Positions 46,951 to 59,088 of a DNA stretch of 64,000 nt are shown in pieces. The translations under genes were made by a program, and so were the position numbers. The notes below the pieces were generated by a model that worked only from the letters and a program-made list of their open reading frames with translations, made no database searches and was not told the DNA's origin. Origin of the DNA: Marsupella aquatica (Eukaryota; Plantae; Marchantiophyta); assembly GCA_973895155.1 (NCBI GenBank), contig OZ316893.1:10793660-10857659 (forward strand), in the 5' to 3' direction. Position 1 is the first letter of the stretch. The number at the start of each line of letters is the position of its first letter.

Positions 46951-49900
46951 GCAGATTATTCATACCTATACAACAAACATGAAATGACAGAATGATGGAC
47001 CGGTTTAGGCTCATCAGAACGGTGTGGGTCCGTCCCTATGTTTCCACTGCCTAGGTTTTCTCCAAGGAACTTCCAAAAATTTGGAGGGCCTTTGACACTC
47101 CTATATCCTATATGGTGAATCCACCTTTTGCTATTTTGTCTTATTGAAACTATCTATTATGTATTTTCATTTCAATGTGCCATAGCAAGGTGGATCACTT
47201 GCATTATTTGGATTCTACATTATTTGGATTCTAAATTATTTGGGCAATACATGTTTTTAATCTTCCTATCCCTGAGCTCACCTTTCCCACATTATTTAAA
47301 CTTCAATACAATGCATCCAAGCATTTAAGCAAATTGGATGGGAAATTTTCCAATGAAGAAACTAAGATGACTCTATCTCTTCTAATGAATGATACTTGCA
47401 AATGTGGAGATGTCCCGCGTAAGTTCTCCTCATTCTTTTATGGTTTTAATTGTCATTACCTAAGGCAAGTGAGGATCACCTGTAACTGTTACGTGCACAA
47501 CTTTTGATTGATGTGAGTGTGATTAGGGCAATTGAGAATCTGTACCTTACGTGCATAACTTTTTGATTTTTGCACTTGTATATTATATGAAAAATACTTT
47601 TCTTTGGCATGTGCTGTACTTTAATGTTGTATTTGACCTCACTCAAGATTATTAAATAGTATGAAGTAGCCATACATATCACTAAAAGACAACAAATGAA
47701 GCGTGTTCAAGGAGAATCAATAGAGGCCTCTGTAACAGATATTTGGAGCAAGACACCAGTGGGTGGATTCTCAGGGTCCCATGGCCTGACTAGCTTGGGT
47801 GTTTTTTGTGTTTGGTTTTGGCCTTGTGTTGCCGCTTGCCCCCGCTCTTTTCCTCCTGGGCGGCCTTTGCCCCCGGGTTGTTTTTCCCCCTGGAAAAATA
47901 AAAATATATTCAAGGAGATGAACACGCTGTATCCACTGCCTAGGTTTTCTCCAAGGCATCTCCAAACCTTTGGAAATGGGGGCTCACGTGTCAGCAAGCC
48001 TTCTCAATACTCTACTAAAAGAATCTATGGCTAGCAAGACCCTAAACCCTGAGACTCCTGCTAGTGTACGCCAAAAGGAGCTTATTGCAGGGTTTCATGG
48101 CTAGGGGCCAGGGGTATGAAAGTCCTCAAGAATCTTATATCTACAACTATAATAAGTGATCCCGCTTTTTTTCGTCCTTCATCCCTTTATGAAATACAGA
48201 ATTGGCGGGAATCAAAACTGGCCATTAGATATTTTAGAGTATTTTTGTATCCATTCAAATTCGATTACCACTTGCCCTCGCTTGCCTCTCAGCTACCCCC
48301 CCCCCGGGCCCTGTGGGCCTCTCAGCCCCCGGCCCTGTGGGCCAGCCCTCATTGCACCGTGCAAAGCACGGGCATAGGGCTCGTATATACATAACAGTGC
48401 AAAAAAACTAAAACTCAGAATCTGGTGACAGGGTCCATAGGCAAAACAACCCAATAAACAATCTAAGAACCAAGGAGTGCCCTTGTTTGGAACATGAAAA
48501 GCCAGTGTCCTACAACCCTAGACTAAAGACGAAAGAGACAACATCGCTCCATCTGTGCCTAATGGTGCCCCTACTATTTTGTTCTGGAGTGAAGGTACAG
48601 AAACCAACTACAAATTTATATATTATGTCTTGGCTTACGCAAAATACTTGTTTTTATTCCAAAAAATACGGCAACCCGTAAATATTATGTTTTTCTTTCT
48701 TAATTTCTTAAAAGTGCAGTCAGGAATAGAGGAACAGAACGTATGGACTCAAATCTGGACACAAGTCACAAACAGTGACACACAAATACGAGCAATCCAC
48801 ATGAAAAAACCGCTTTCAGAGGACTTCAGTGATGCCACCCTCATCCAGTTTACTCACTAATTTGCAATGATTGAGTGGAGTCACTGGACTACTGGAGGTC
48901 CAAGCCCAATCATTAACAGACAGTGGGCGAGTGATTTCAGCTCGATCGGATCTAACTGGGAATCTAGCAGCTCATAAATACCATGCGCAGGTGCATGAAT
49001 CTGATTTGAACCTGGTCCTCCATTTCTTGGTAGATGCTTCACATATATTCATAAATTACTGAACCTTCCGCAATCTGAGGGCTGGCCATTGAAAGCCTGT
49101 ATGTTGGATGGCAAGTTGGAAAGGCATCCCCCTCGCTAAGTCATTCGAGTCTTGGAATTTTGGGGTGACTTGGCCCTTAGATTTGTGGCCCTCAATTCCC
49201 CAAACCATAGAACAGGTTCCCCAAACTACCCAAATTTATTAGGGTGTCCCTCAAACAAATTTAGATGCTAACCAGATCCCTATTTCATATATGGGTTAGT
49301 ACTGACTCACTAGAGCTAACTTCTTTGATTGGTGCAGGGCCTCCTGCTGCCACATGGCAAGGCTCCATTGACTACAGCCTTTGCCAGGCGATATTCCCCT
49401 TCCCACCGTGCTGCTGGCCAAAAGTCTAAGGGCGACAAGTGCAGGCCAAAAAGGACATTTTACTCCAGAGCCACCATTTTCGGTCATTTTTTTGGTCACA
49501 AACTTGTCAGTCAGGCTTTGGGCCGGCAGCATCATGGGGGGGCGGGGGAAGGGGGAGATTGGTCAGTTAATAAGCCTGCCACAAATGGCGTATCCTCCCG
49601 ATAGCAAGATGAACTGTACAAACCAGAACAAAGGTTGAGTTCCCGGTTGAGTTAAGTTTGCTAAGTCAATATTAACCCATAATTATACAAACTGGGGGTC
49701 AGATTAGTAAAAAATTGTTTTGGGGACACCTTAAAATAAATTCAGGTAGTTTGGAGGGATACATTAATAAAAAAACTGCTGTGAAAAGGAACCAAGAGAC
49801 CAAGAGTCACTAGGCCTCAGGGGTGTTACTTACACAATTCAGCAAGTCCTGTTGGGATAAACATAATGTTGTTTTATTGGTTTTAAAGGAAAACTTTACA

Positions 49901-50781
49901 ATGTTCTTGAAATAAAGTTAGTGTATTTTAAATCCAATTTTGATACTTATAATAATATTAGTATCCTTTTAATCAAAATTTTGTAATATTTAAAAAATAT
50001 TTTCAACTAAAGATGGATGATAAATTACACTTTAGGGGTCCAGGGTTTTCTTGCTTGGCTGAAATTTGTCTAGATTGCAAATGAATGGGCAATCTAACGT
50101 GGATAATTAGAAATCCCACCTTGTCCATTCCTTAACCAAGGTGGGATGGACTGGGGCCGATCTTGCATGTATGTGGTCTTTAAAAATTGGCCCTTTGCAC
50201 TCCCAAAAATGGTGATTGCAATTCTCTTGTCCAGTTTTCTTGTCTCTGGTTTTTTGTTATTTATTGCCCGCGTTGTTTTATCTGATTTGAAACAACTAGA
50301 CCTCAGGGTCCTGAGAGTTTCAGGCCCTTACCCTTGACTCTCCACAAGTATAGCGGTGATCGAGGACTGGCTCATGAAGGTGGTGAGGCAGCAAACTCGT
50401 GCTCAATCCAAAGGTGTTCACATGCAAAACGGCCTAAGGCTGGGGCTAAAGTCAACACTATACTCTACAGATGTAAAAGTACTTAGCAAGCTTGAAAGGG
50501 TGTTGTCGCACTGGGTATTATTGGAATCAATTTTGCTGTGTGATTAGTGACAGGGATTCATTTGGTGGGAAAAACACATGACTCGATCCCAAATAACAGC
50601 TGAAAGGGAATCACTGTAGCTTATCGGCAGACTGGTCATCATGATGAGTCTCATGAAAGATTGCAAATTGAACGCATTGAAATGAATGAGGTGACATAGG
50701 CTGCTACTGAGAGCTGGTCATGCTGTGCAGCTACGAGGCTAAGTGTTGAGTTGGAGAAGTGATAACTGTTACAAATTCAGG

Positions 50782-53700
50782 ATGGCAGTCAGGGCACGAC
50801 TCGGCAATTCGCTCCTGCTGGTGGCGGTGGCTGTGCTCTCAATCTCCTTCTCCAGCAACACGTATTCTGGTGCGCTTGCGAGTGGTGTCACTGACAACGT
50901 GTTCACGCAGTGGAATGCCGTTGCTCAGAGAGTACGTTTATGCCTCTCACTAGCTGTCCCTTGCCCTCTCAAATAATGAGTTCCCCTCACTGCCTTCCCC
51001 TTCCTTGCATCCGGATTGAACTTGATCTATTTTGGTTTAATTCCCTCTTTCTGTTTTCTGTTGCATGTGATTGTGAAATTGCATGAATCATGGATGGATT
51101 CAATTTGCAGTGCCGTATTCCACTTTGATTTATTTCATTTGTGCTCTTTCGGTGTTCTGTTTCTGTTGGTTGTGAATGTGAAATTGAATCATGGGTGGAT
51201 ATCAGTTTGCAGTATCAAACTCGGCTTCGCTTTATTTCGTTTGGTTCTTTGATTCTGTTGGGTGTGAACGGGCAATGGCATGGATCATGGGTGTGTTCAG
51301 TTTGCAGTATGTTGGCTGTTCTGCAACTGGAGCATCGAAACTCTTGCACTAGCTTGTTACTAGTTCTATCTGCTAAATTGAATGCAATCTGATTTGTTCT
51401 GAAATTTCACGCTCATAAATCTTTGCTTTGGGTTAACCTTCTTTCCGAAAGGTTCGTTATCCTGCTGAAATGTGTTACTGAAAGCTTGTAATCCTCGTAG
51501 TCTCCATTTGTCTGAATCCTCGTGTAGATCCTCATTTCTACAGAACTTTGACAGTAATTGAAGATCTTATGGTCTCAATTAGCTAGTCGGGGTCCAACGG
51601 TGCGAAGGATTTTTGTCGGAAGGTTTTTCTGGCATCTCCACCGAGGCCATCTGGCATCGATCGTTCGAGTAAGCGTGAGCATTAAAATTATATAAGCGCT
51701 ATCGGTGGTTCGGTCAAAAGGCACTAGGAAGTAAAACGATCGATTTTATTGATGCGAACTCAGTTCCTTATAATTATATTCTGCTATGTGCGTTATTACG
51801 CCCGACCGATCAAACCAATGTCTTCGTCACTCGTTCTCGACGTAGACGAACTTAGTTTGTTTCAGCCATGGCGTCTAGCGGAGTGAAAAAAATGCTCACG
51901 TAGGTACCAAGCTGACGTCTCTCTTACTGATCAGAAACAGCTGTCAAGGCCTGCACTAAGAAGCTACAGTACTTTGCATCTAGACGCAAAGGTTCCTACG
52001 CTGAACTAGCCCTGCCGTCGGTTCGGAGCTCAGGAAGTGTTAGAGAGGTTTTATCCAGGCCTCACAGTTCACCGAATCCGTTGTCACCCATGATGTTGGG
52101 AACAAAAGTCATATCTGCAGTGGAAAAAATCAATGGACATCGGATTCCGAGTCATGTACAATCGGTAGCAGTCTGTAATCGTCGAAACAGTCGAAAATAC
52201 TCAAGTGACGATGAACTCTTCTGCCTGGACAATTACAATGTTCACATCCAGTTGAAAAATCTTGCTTTCAGTACGTAGCTCCGAAATTGTGTAATTTGTT
52301 CCCGCATCCAACCCCATTCATCATATGGAGTTCGACTGAGGTGCTCAATCGTAGGTGGTCGTGAGTAAAGTTTGGCCCGATTCCGGCTTGGATTGATATC
52401 TTGTCAAATCGTTTATGAGTTTTTGCGCGTGGGTTGGCATCCTTATCGGCCGACTGAAATTAACCAGGTGAAACGTTGTGGTGTAGGTAGTGCGCACGGC
52501 AGGTATACCCAGCCAAATCGCTCATCGGACTTACGCTTTTGTGGCCCTCTCGCAATACAAGGCTCTGCAATCGGCTTACAAGCAAGGGCTCGCGCTCCCG
52601 GAGGTAGCTCCAGTCTATGCTGCCCATTACGTACTCTCAGAGTGAGTATTCCTTAACTCTAACGAAAACTGGTTATCGATAGCCATAGCTTGCTATCTAC
52701 GTCAATTAAAAGTCGAAGTTGTGGTGGCAAGAATTGAGGCGCGGGGATTCCAATACAAGATATTCAGTAACTGGAGAAACTCAATAATTTAAAGTTGATC
52801 AGTGAATGCCTTTGCTCGTCGTTGATATCAATAATGATATGTAAACAAAGCAATTTTGAAAGAAATTAGTGCGAGGGCAGCTCTCTTTCAGATAATTCGT
52901 ACTCTTCGCCCGACTCTTCAAAGATTTCTGGCCTTCTTTAATGAGAGCCGGATGCACAGGACTAAACCATTGCCCAGTTGATATCTGACCATGACGAGTG
53001 CAGCAAGGATCTCTTTGTTTCGTTGAGTTGAAGATTTCATCTTTGTGAAATTCTACCAACAGATTAGATGGCGACGAAAGTAATCCATGGCAAAGGGCAT
53101 TGTGTATGTTTTGTAAGATGCCTCGGCAGCATCAAGCAAATGCTTATAGGAGGGGTCATCGCTGAAGTCCAATTGTTGGTCTTTGAAATGTGTGACTTTC
53201 AGATTGTTCCCATACCTGCAGTCGCCCATTTTTGATGGTATTATTGCCAAGTACATTTTCCCATTGAATTTAACGGAGGCAGAGGATGCAGAGTATGAAA
53301 AGGCTGCACTTGATTTCGCCAAAAAGCTTTTGCAGAAGAGGTAAGCTCCACATACCACAGCGAGCGCTGATGCGATCAAAGGTGCAGTATTGATGAACTA
53401 ATTTAGATTCAGTTTCCCGAAGTGTGTGTCCCGTGTACCGTAAGGCGATCTGTTCCTATGGACTGGGTGTACAAATTCGCAGGGGTAGTTTCATGCCATA
53501 ATTGAATTCATATGTGATGTGACAACAGCGGGAAACAGTTAATTTAATTGGGCCACTTTTCTCGGACTACTTCCAATGTCGGGGGTTGCAGCAATTCAAG
53601 CATAGTACTGAAACGATTGACGTGGGTACCTTAATGCAGGGTTTTAGACGGTAGCCAAATATGGGCCAAGTTTCGACCTGCTCCTCCTGGTAGCCCAGCT

Positions 53701-55643
53701 GGGGAGTACCAGTTCCTTCCCAACCAGACCTTCACACTCTACCCTCAGCTGGGAAGCACGAAACCCTTTGTGATCCACAAAGCAGAGGATTGGGACATCT
53801 ATGGACCCCCTCCTAAAATAGACAGCGCACAGTATGACTCGGACTATAACACGATGGTCACAGCTGGCAACGCACTCTCTCCATTGCAGACTTCGTATGA
53901 AAAGGAGACTGCCAAATTCTGGGAGGATGGCGCAAGTAATTACCCCTCTAATCCACTTTCTTTTATTTGACGCAAAATAGTTTTCTAGATCCTCAACTGC
54001 AATTTTCGTCCTGCCTGATGTCTGGATCATGGCCTAATGTCTGCAGATACTTCAGCTATTTCTGGGCAATTATTCAACGCCACCCTGGCAATAGTGGGCT
54101 CCTTGAGTCTGAAGGACACAGCCAAGCTCTTCACGAAACTCGCCGTTGGCTCGTATGACGCTCAAATCGTCACGTATTACCTCAAGTACAAGTACAAATC
54201 TTGGCGACCCTACTCGGCTGTCACGTACGTACTTTCCTGATAAATCCTCAGCTAGATTGAGTTTCATGTATCTTCTATCTGTGAAGACATTTGACTCAAG
54301 TAAGTTAGTGACAATTGACCAGACTGGCAAAGTTCTGATCAGACAAATTGATGTGGTGTAGGCAAGGAGATTCGACACACCCACCAAATCCGAACTATGC
54401 CACTGAGCTCAAAACTCCTCCTCATCCAGAATATCCGAGTGGACACAGTAGCAGTGGAGGTTCTTTTGCTTCAGCAGTAACCAATTTTCTAGGGATCTCT
54501 GTAGACGATCCAACACCCAATGGACCGTATGCAATATCCACTGAGAGCTACTTCTTGCCGCCGAGGACCTTCAAAAGCGTCAGTGACCTGTTCACCAACA
54601 TCGACAGCAGCAGGTATACGATTAATATATTCTGTCTCGTTTCGGCAAATTTTGGTCCATCATTCGACCGAATGCTTGAATGCTTTCCGAATTATATTGC
54701 CAGGACCAAACCTGTTTCGATCACCCATTTAGTAGAACATTTTTGGGCTTTAACGTGACAGCTCTCTATAGCTTCTGGTCACTTATCGTTCATCACAAGG
54801 GGGCCCCGATTGCTGAACTGAAAGGACACTCCTGATAAACTTTAGAGTATCTGTATGTCTGTGGAAAAGGTTGTCTGCTCGACAACAAAAGATGGGATCT
54901 ATATTTGACTCATTTAACGTAATCTTCAAAGGAATTGCATTGGTTCAGGCGTGCAATTCGCATGCCCGCTTCCCTACAACTAAATTTCTTGAAGAAAAGA
55001 AAAAACAATTCTATAGAATACTGAATTTCGATTGGTTGCATCTAAACCCTTGCATAAGCATTTGCTCGCAATTTCTAAAGCTGTAAGCTTTTTGACGAGT
55101 TTACTCAACCTCAGTTGAAAGAATGAACTGGACAGGCTTTCTTTATACAGTATCCATTCTGAGAGTTCTGGGTTGCCGCCAGGGCCTTCTGTCAGCTCCC
55201 TGAAGAAATGAAGAAAACAAACGTGGGATTACAAACCTGATGCTTCAATCTTCCCTTAAATATTCGATCTACTACCGCTGAGCTGCATATGTATCGTGGT
55301 GGTCCCTGCAGCCACGTTGTAATGTTGCCCCAAAGCTCTTACTGATAGATTTTCTTATGCAGGGTGTGGGGAGGAGTTCATTTCCCAACCGCTACGCATG
55401 TTGGCCATCGCATAGGATCCGATGTAAGCGTTTAAAAGTTCAATTTATATGTCGCAACTTGTGAATGCTTTCATTCAGGATGCAAGCTGAGAGGTAAAGG
55501 ATTGTAATGTAGATCCATAATTAAATGTCTCTGAATAACGTACCCGTGACCACTCAGCAAGGATTGAATAAATTTTGTGGCATTGCTTGCAGGTGTCCGA
55601 CTACGTTTGGGAGAATTTTGAGAAGAAATTTGGAGATTTGTGA
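50782..55643 (+). CDS. Secreted vanadium-dependent haloperoxidase-like protein (PAP2 superfamily), copy 2, 426 aa
   Basis: Exons 50782-50931, 52487-52641, 53203-53340, 53640-53935, 54047-54224, 54362-54613, 55363-55423, 55593-55643; same exon lengths as copy 1; motifs KYKYKSWRP, TPPHPEYPSGHS, SRVWGGVHF. Confidence 0.9.
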
Positions 55644-55944
55644 TTTGAAACGGCAATGACAAGTAGCCTTTAAAAAGACACCATTCGGAGCAAGACGGCG
55701 TTGCAGCAAGAAACTTTTGTTTTCGCTTGCTCGAAATAGTTTGGCCATTGGACTGGCACGTTCTGGAGCATCCAGCCATCATTTACAGTTGCTCCTTGTC
55801 ATTCTGTTCTCCGTAACGTGAACTGAGTTATGTCATAGAGCTAAAATTTTAACTCATTAACTCATTTAGGGATGTCGTTATCTGACTTGGTAAACTCTTG
55901 GACCAATGAGCAAGTAAAAGACACTAAGCACGAACCAACTTCAG

Positions 55945-57292
55945 TCAGTCTCCATCGCTTGAAGGAGCACCAACAACAATATGATTAACTACCTCGGTCT
56001 TCGAGGTGGCCAATGTGTGCTCGAAAAGTACAGAGACCACTGCCCACGGAAGCAACCAGCAGCTACCTTTACATAACTGCTAGCGGACAAGTCTCTACCG
56101 TGGAAATGAAAAAGGCTCGAGGAAAAGCCGGGTTCCTTGTGGCTCTATTTCGAAATGACGCTGGTCAGAGCCCTACTTAAACTTGAGATAAACACATTGT
56201 TCATTGCAAGTCTTCCTCCGTAATAAGGGCGGTCCATACACTTAAATGCTTTAGGAAGCTTCATCAATGGACATCTCCCATGACGTTGTGGGCATACCCT
56301 AAAAGTTCAACGACGATGGAACAATTGCTCCAGGTACCAACGATCGATGCAGGAAGAGAAACGTAGAGAATAAACCCGTAGAGGCAACTGATAATGCGTC
56401 ATCATGTCTCCTCGCAATGCAGCTATGCACATTCAGCGAAGATATCCGCTGCATCTGCATTTGAACAGAAGGAGTTGCTAAATAGCTCAAACTTTGATCC
56501 TCGGTTTTTCATCGCTTGAGCTGATGCCTATCTTCTCTTGCCTAGAAGCGTAATGCGGGTACCATTGGTGCACCGCTTATGGCCTACTTGAAACAGGAGC
56601 GCGTACGTGGACAACGTAGTCAGTCTATGCTTTCAGTCCAGCTTACGTGGACAACGTAGTCAGTCTGTGCTCTCAGTGCAATTCTCAATCGTGCGACAGC
56701 TCACTGAATTGCATTGACTACTAAATCCCAGTAGATAAACTTCCGCATATCGAATTAAAATAATCCCACTCCGATTGGAAAGTTAAAAGCAGGCCCGAAG
56801 GTCATTTGCAACTACTGGAGCGCTGCTTAGATTTGAAGGCAAAGTCGGCCTTCCTGCATATATGGATTCGACTAAAATGGTTGGATTCGAACGATATATC
56901 GGATGAAAAGTACTGTGTTGTATCGGATTTCCAAGTCGAAGTAAACTTCTCGACTATCACTTCTCGATTGAATGGCGATGCTTGATTACCTTGTAGCTCG
57001 CGGTATTTCTAATATCCAGAAAAAGCTCCACAATCTTCTCCGACTTGACCGCTGAAGTCATAAATCTGGTCAAGGATTTGAGTCCCCTCACTCTCATGAA
57101 AGAGAACTCTGCCTTAACATCCCGCAACCCCATTCGCAAGGACAGCGAGACCTCTCTACAAAGTTTTTGGATCGTCAGAGACACCACAAGATCCACAATG
57201 GGCGCCTGGGCACCACCGGGGGGGACAGACGATGAGGCCGCCGAGGAGCTTCGCAGAGAGTCATCAGCCCAGCTGGGCGGTCGGAGTAACAT
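55945..57292 (-). pseudogene. ISI1: ISI1 (impaired sucrose induction 1; Cdc14-SIN-like domain) homolog, frameshifted and 3'-truncated
   Basis: Exon 57292-56990 MLLRPPSW..LVVSLTIQKLCREVSLSLRMGLRDVKAEFSFMRVRGLKSL resembles the ISI1 N-terminus. The expected ..RELQ|V end is in a shifted frame near 57010. Exon 56039-55945 VVSVLFEHTL..APSSDGD* stops early, and the conserved C-terminal half was not found. Confidence 0.75.
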
Positions 57293-58508
57293 CGTCGTCT
57301 CGGAGCGTATTAAGATTCCGTAGCCAAGTCAGGGCTCTCCCTAACAAAGTGTTGTCCGAGTCCCCATTACTACTGCAGGAGCCATCGTTGCAGAAATTTC
57401 AGCCCGTAAGGTTCAAGATCACTGAATGCTCGAAAAGCTACGCTATCTGTGCTGAGTTCCGAAATTGAGAATTTCAAGACATGCAGGTGTGCACTTGAAT
57501 CGGTACTGTCCACAGTCAGGATTCCCAGTCATGAAATATGATCGGCTTGAAATCATCGATATATGCACCACACGGAGGACAAATGCTCTTAAAATTAAAT
57601 CAGAAAGACAATTCTAAACGACAACGGCCTCTGTTGTGGTCAATCAACAAGACACAGCTACGCAATTTCAGCTCAGACATCCCAATCACCCCAGGTTTCA
57701 CCCAGTTCTACGTTCGATTGAAGCTCCGAACTCGATCTTAAGGACCCACGAATTGGAGCCAACAACACCTCAACTCCGGCGGTACTTGAAATGTTTTCGT
57801 CAGCGAATGTGGCCCACTGTTTAAAGCTACCGCAAATTTGATGATATCGTCGCCATCCCTCTCTGCTGCCCGTTGATCTAAGAAGCAAATCTGGATGCTG
57901 CTGGGTTCTCATTTCCTTTGTCGATTCCTTTGTTCCTGTACCCGGCCAATCGTATTCGCATCTCTACTCTCACCCAACATTCCCACACCTGGATTCTTGC
58001 AGTTCCACTCGAGGCCATCTTCTCTCTTCTTCAGCGGCTTAATTTATCCGAAACTGAAGCCCTAATGGACCACATTTTGGTGATCCATGGGAGTTTTGGG
58101 CTTATGAATATGAGTACTTAAATATAATTTTTATTTTGCACCTGTAAGGCAACTACACTAGAGAAGGAGAAGACCTTGAAAAACCCAAATACTTCATATC
58201 AACACAATGAAAAATTAATGTAATAGAATTTACCCCTTCCCAGTCCATGATATATAAGTTAACCAAAATGGCCAAACTATGAGTGTAGCTTGATGGAAGT
58301 GTAGCATTGTTACTCCTCTAGCACATACTCAATATTTAGAAATTTGCAAAAATTATTAACATCAAGTTATTGCAATTAAATATATATTTTGGGAAATGTG
58401 ATCCATGGGAGTTTTCAAAGACCAACCTTGTGGTCCATGGGAGTATCATTTTCTCTCTAATCCTGTGTTTACCAACCTGGAATGCTAATCTTGGTGAGGA
58501 AAGTTTAG

Positions 58509-58660
58509 CCTGGATGGACTCCCCCTTAGTTACGTTACGGGTCCGGTTAGGGATGTTCAGCCCCGTTGTACTCCCCTTAGTTTAGTTAGGGTCCGGTTAA
58601 GAATGTTAATCCCGGATGGACTCCCCCTTAGTTTAGTTACCGGTTACTACTGTTAAGCCC
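58509..58660. repeat. Tandem repeat, 3 copies of ~50 bp upstream of TyrRS
   Basis: ACTCCCC(C)TTAGTT..GTTA..CCGGTTA..TGTT.A.CCC occurs three times. Confidence 0.8.
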
Positions 58661-59010
58661 AAATTTATTTATTTTTAATTAAAAAAATGCTGAGCCCGGA
58701 TCGACTTTTGTGTCCTTTAAAGCCCCGTTTAGTTATTTCTTAAAAATTAAATGAAAAATACTAAATGCTTAGCGTAGCTCATACGCCACCTAGGCGACTA
58801 ACGTTACTCTCTTTAGTAGTGTTCGTTCAGGAGCTTTGCCTCTGTGCACTCTCTCCCACTCTCACTCTTTGGAAGCGCTCAGTAGAATTGTCGTCAATTC
58901 GTTCGCAATTACAGCAGGTTGAAACATTTTGGTGAAGCTCTCGAAGCAATTTAGCTGCATTAGCTAATACTCGTTCTCGTTCAAGTCATTCGCAGCTAGG
59001 TCGAAGCTCT

Positions 59011-59024
59011 AAACCCTAAACCCT
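59011..59024 (+). promoter_or_regulatory. Telo-box in the TyrRS 5' region
   Basis: AAACCCTAAACCCT ~70 bp upstream of the ATG; telo-boxes are typical of plant translation-machinery genes. Confidence 0.6.
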
Positions 59025-59088
59025 TCGGACGGGCGGACAACAATTTTATGAGGGAGCGAAAATTCTCTATTAGCTCGGGAATCTACCC

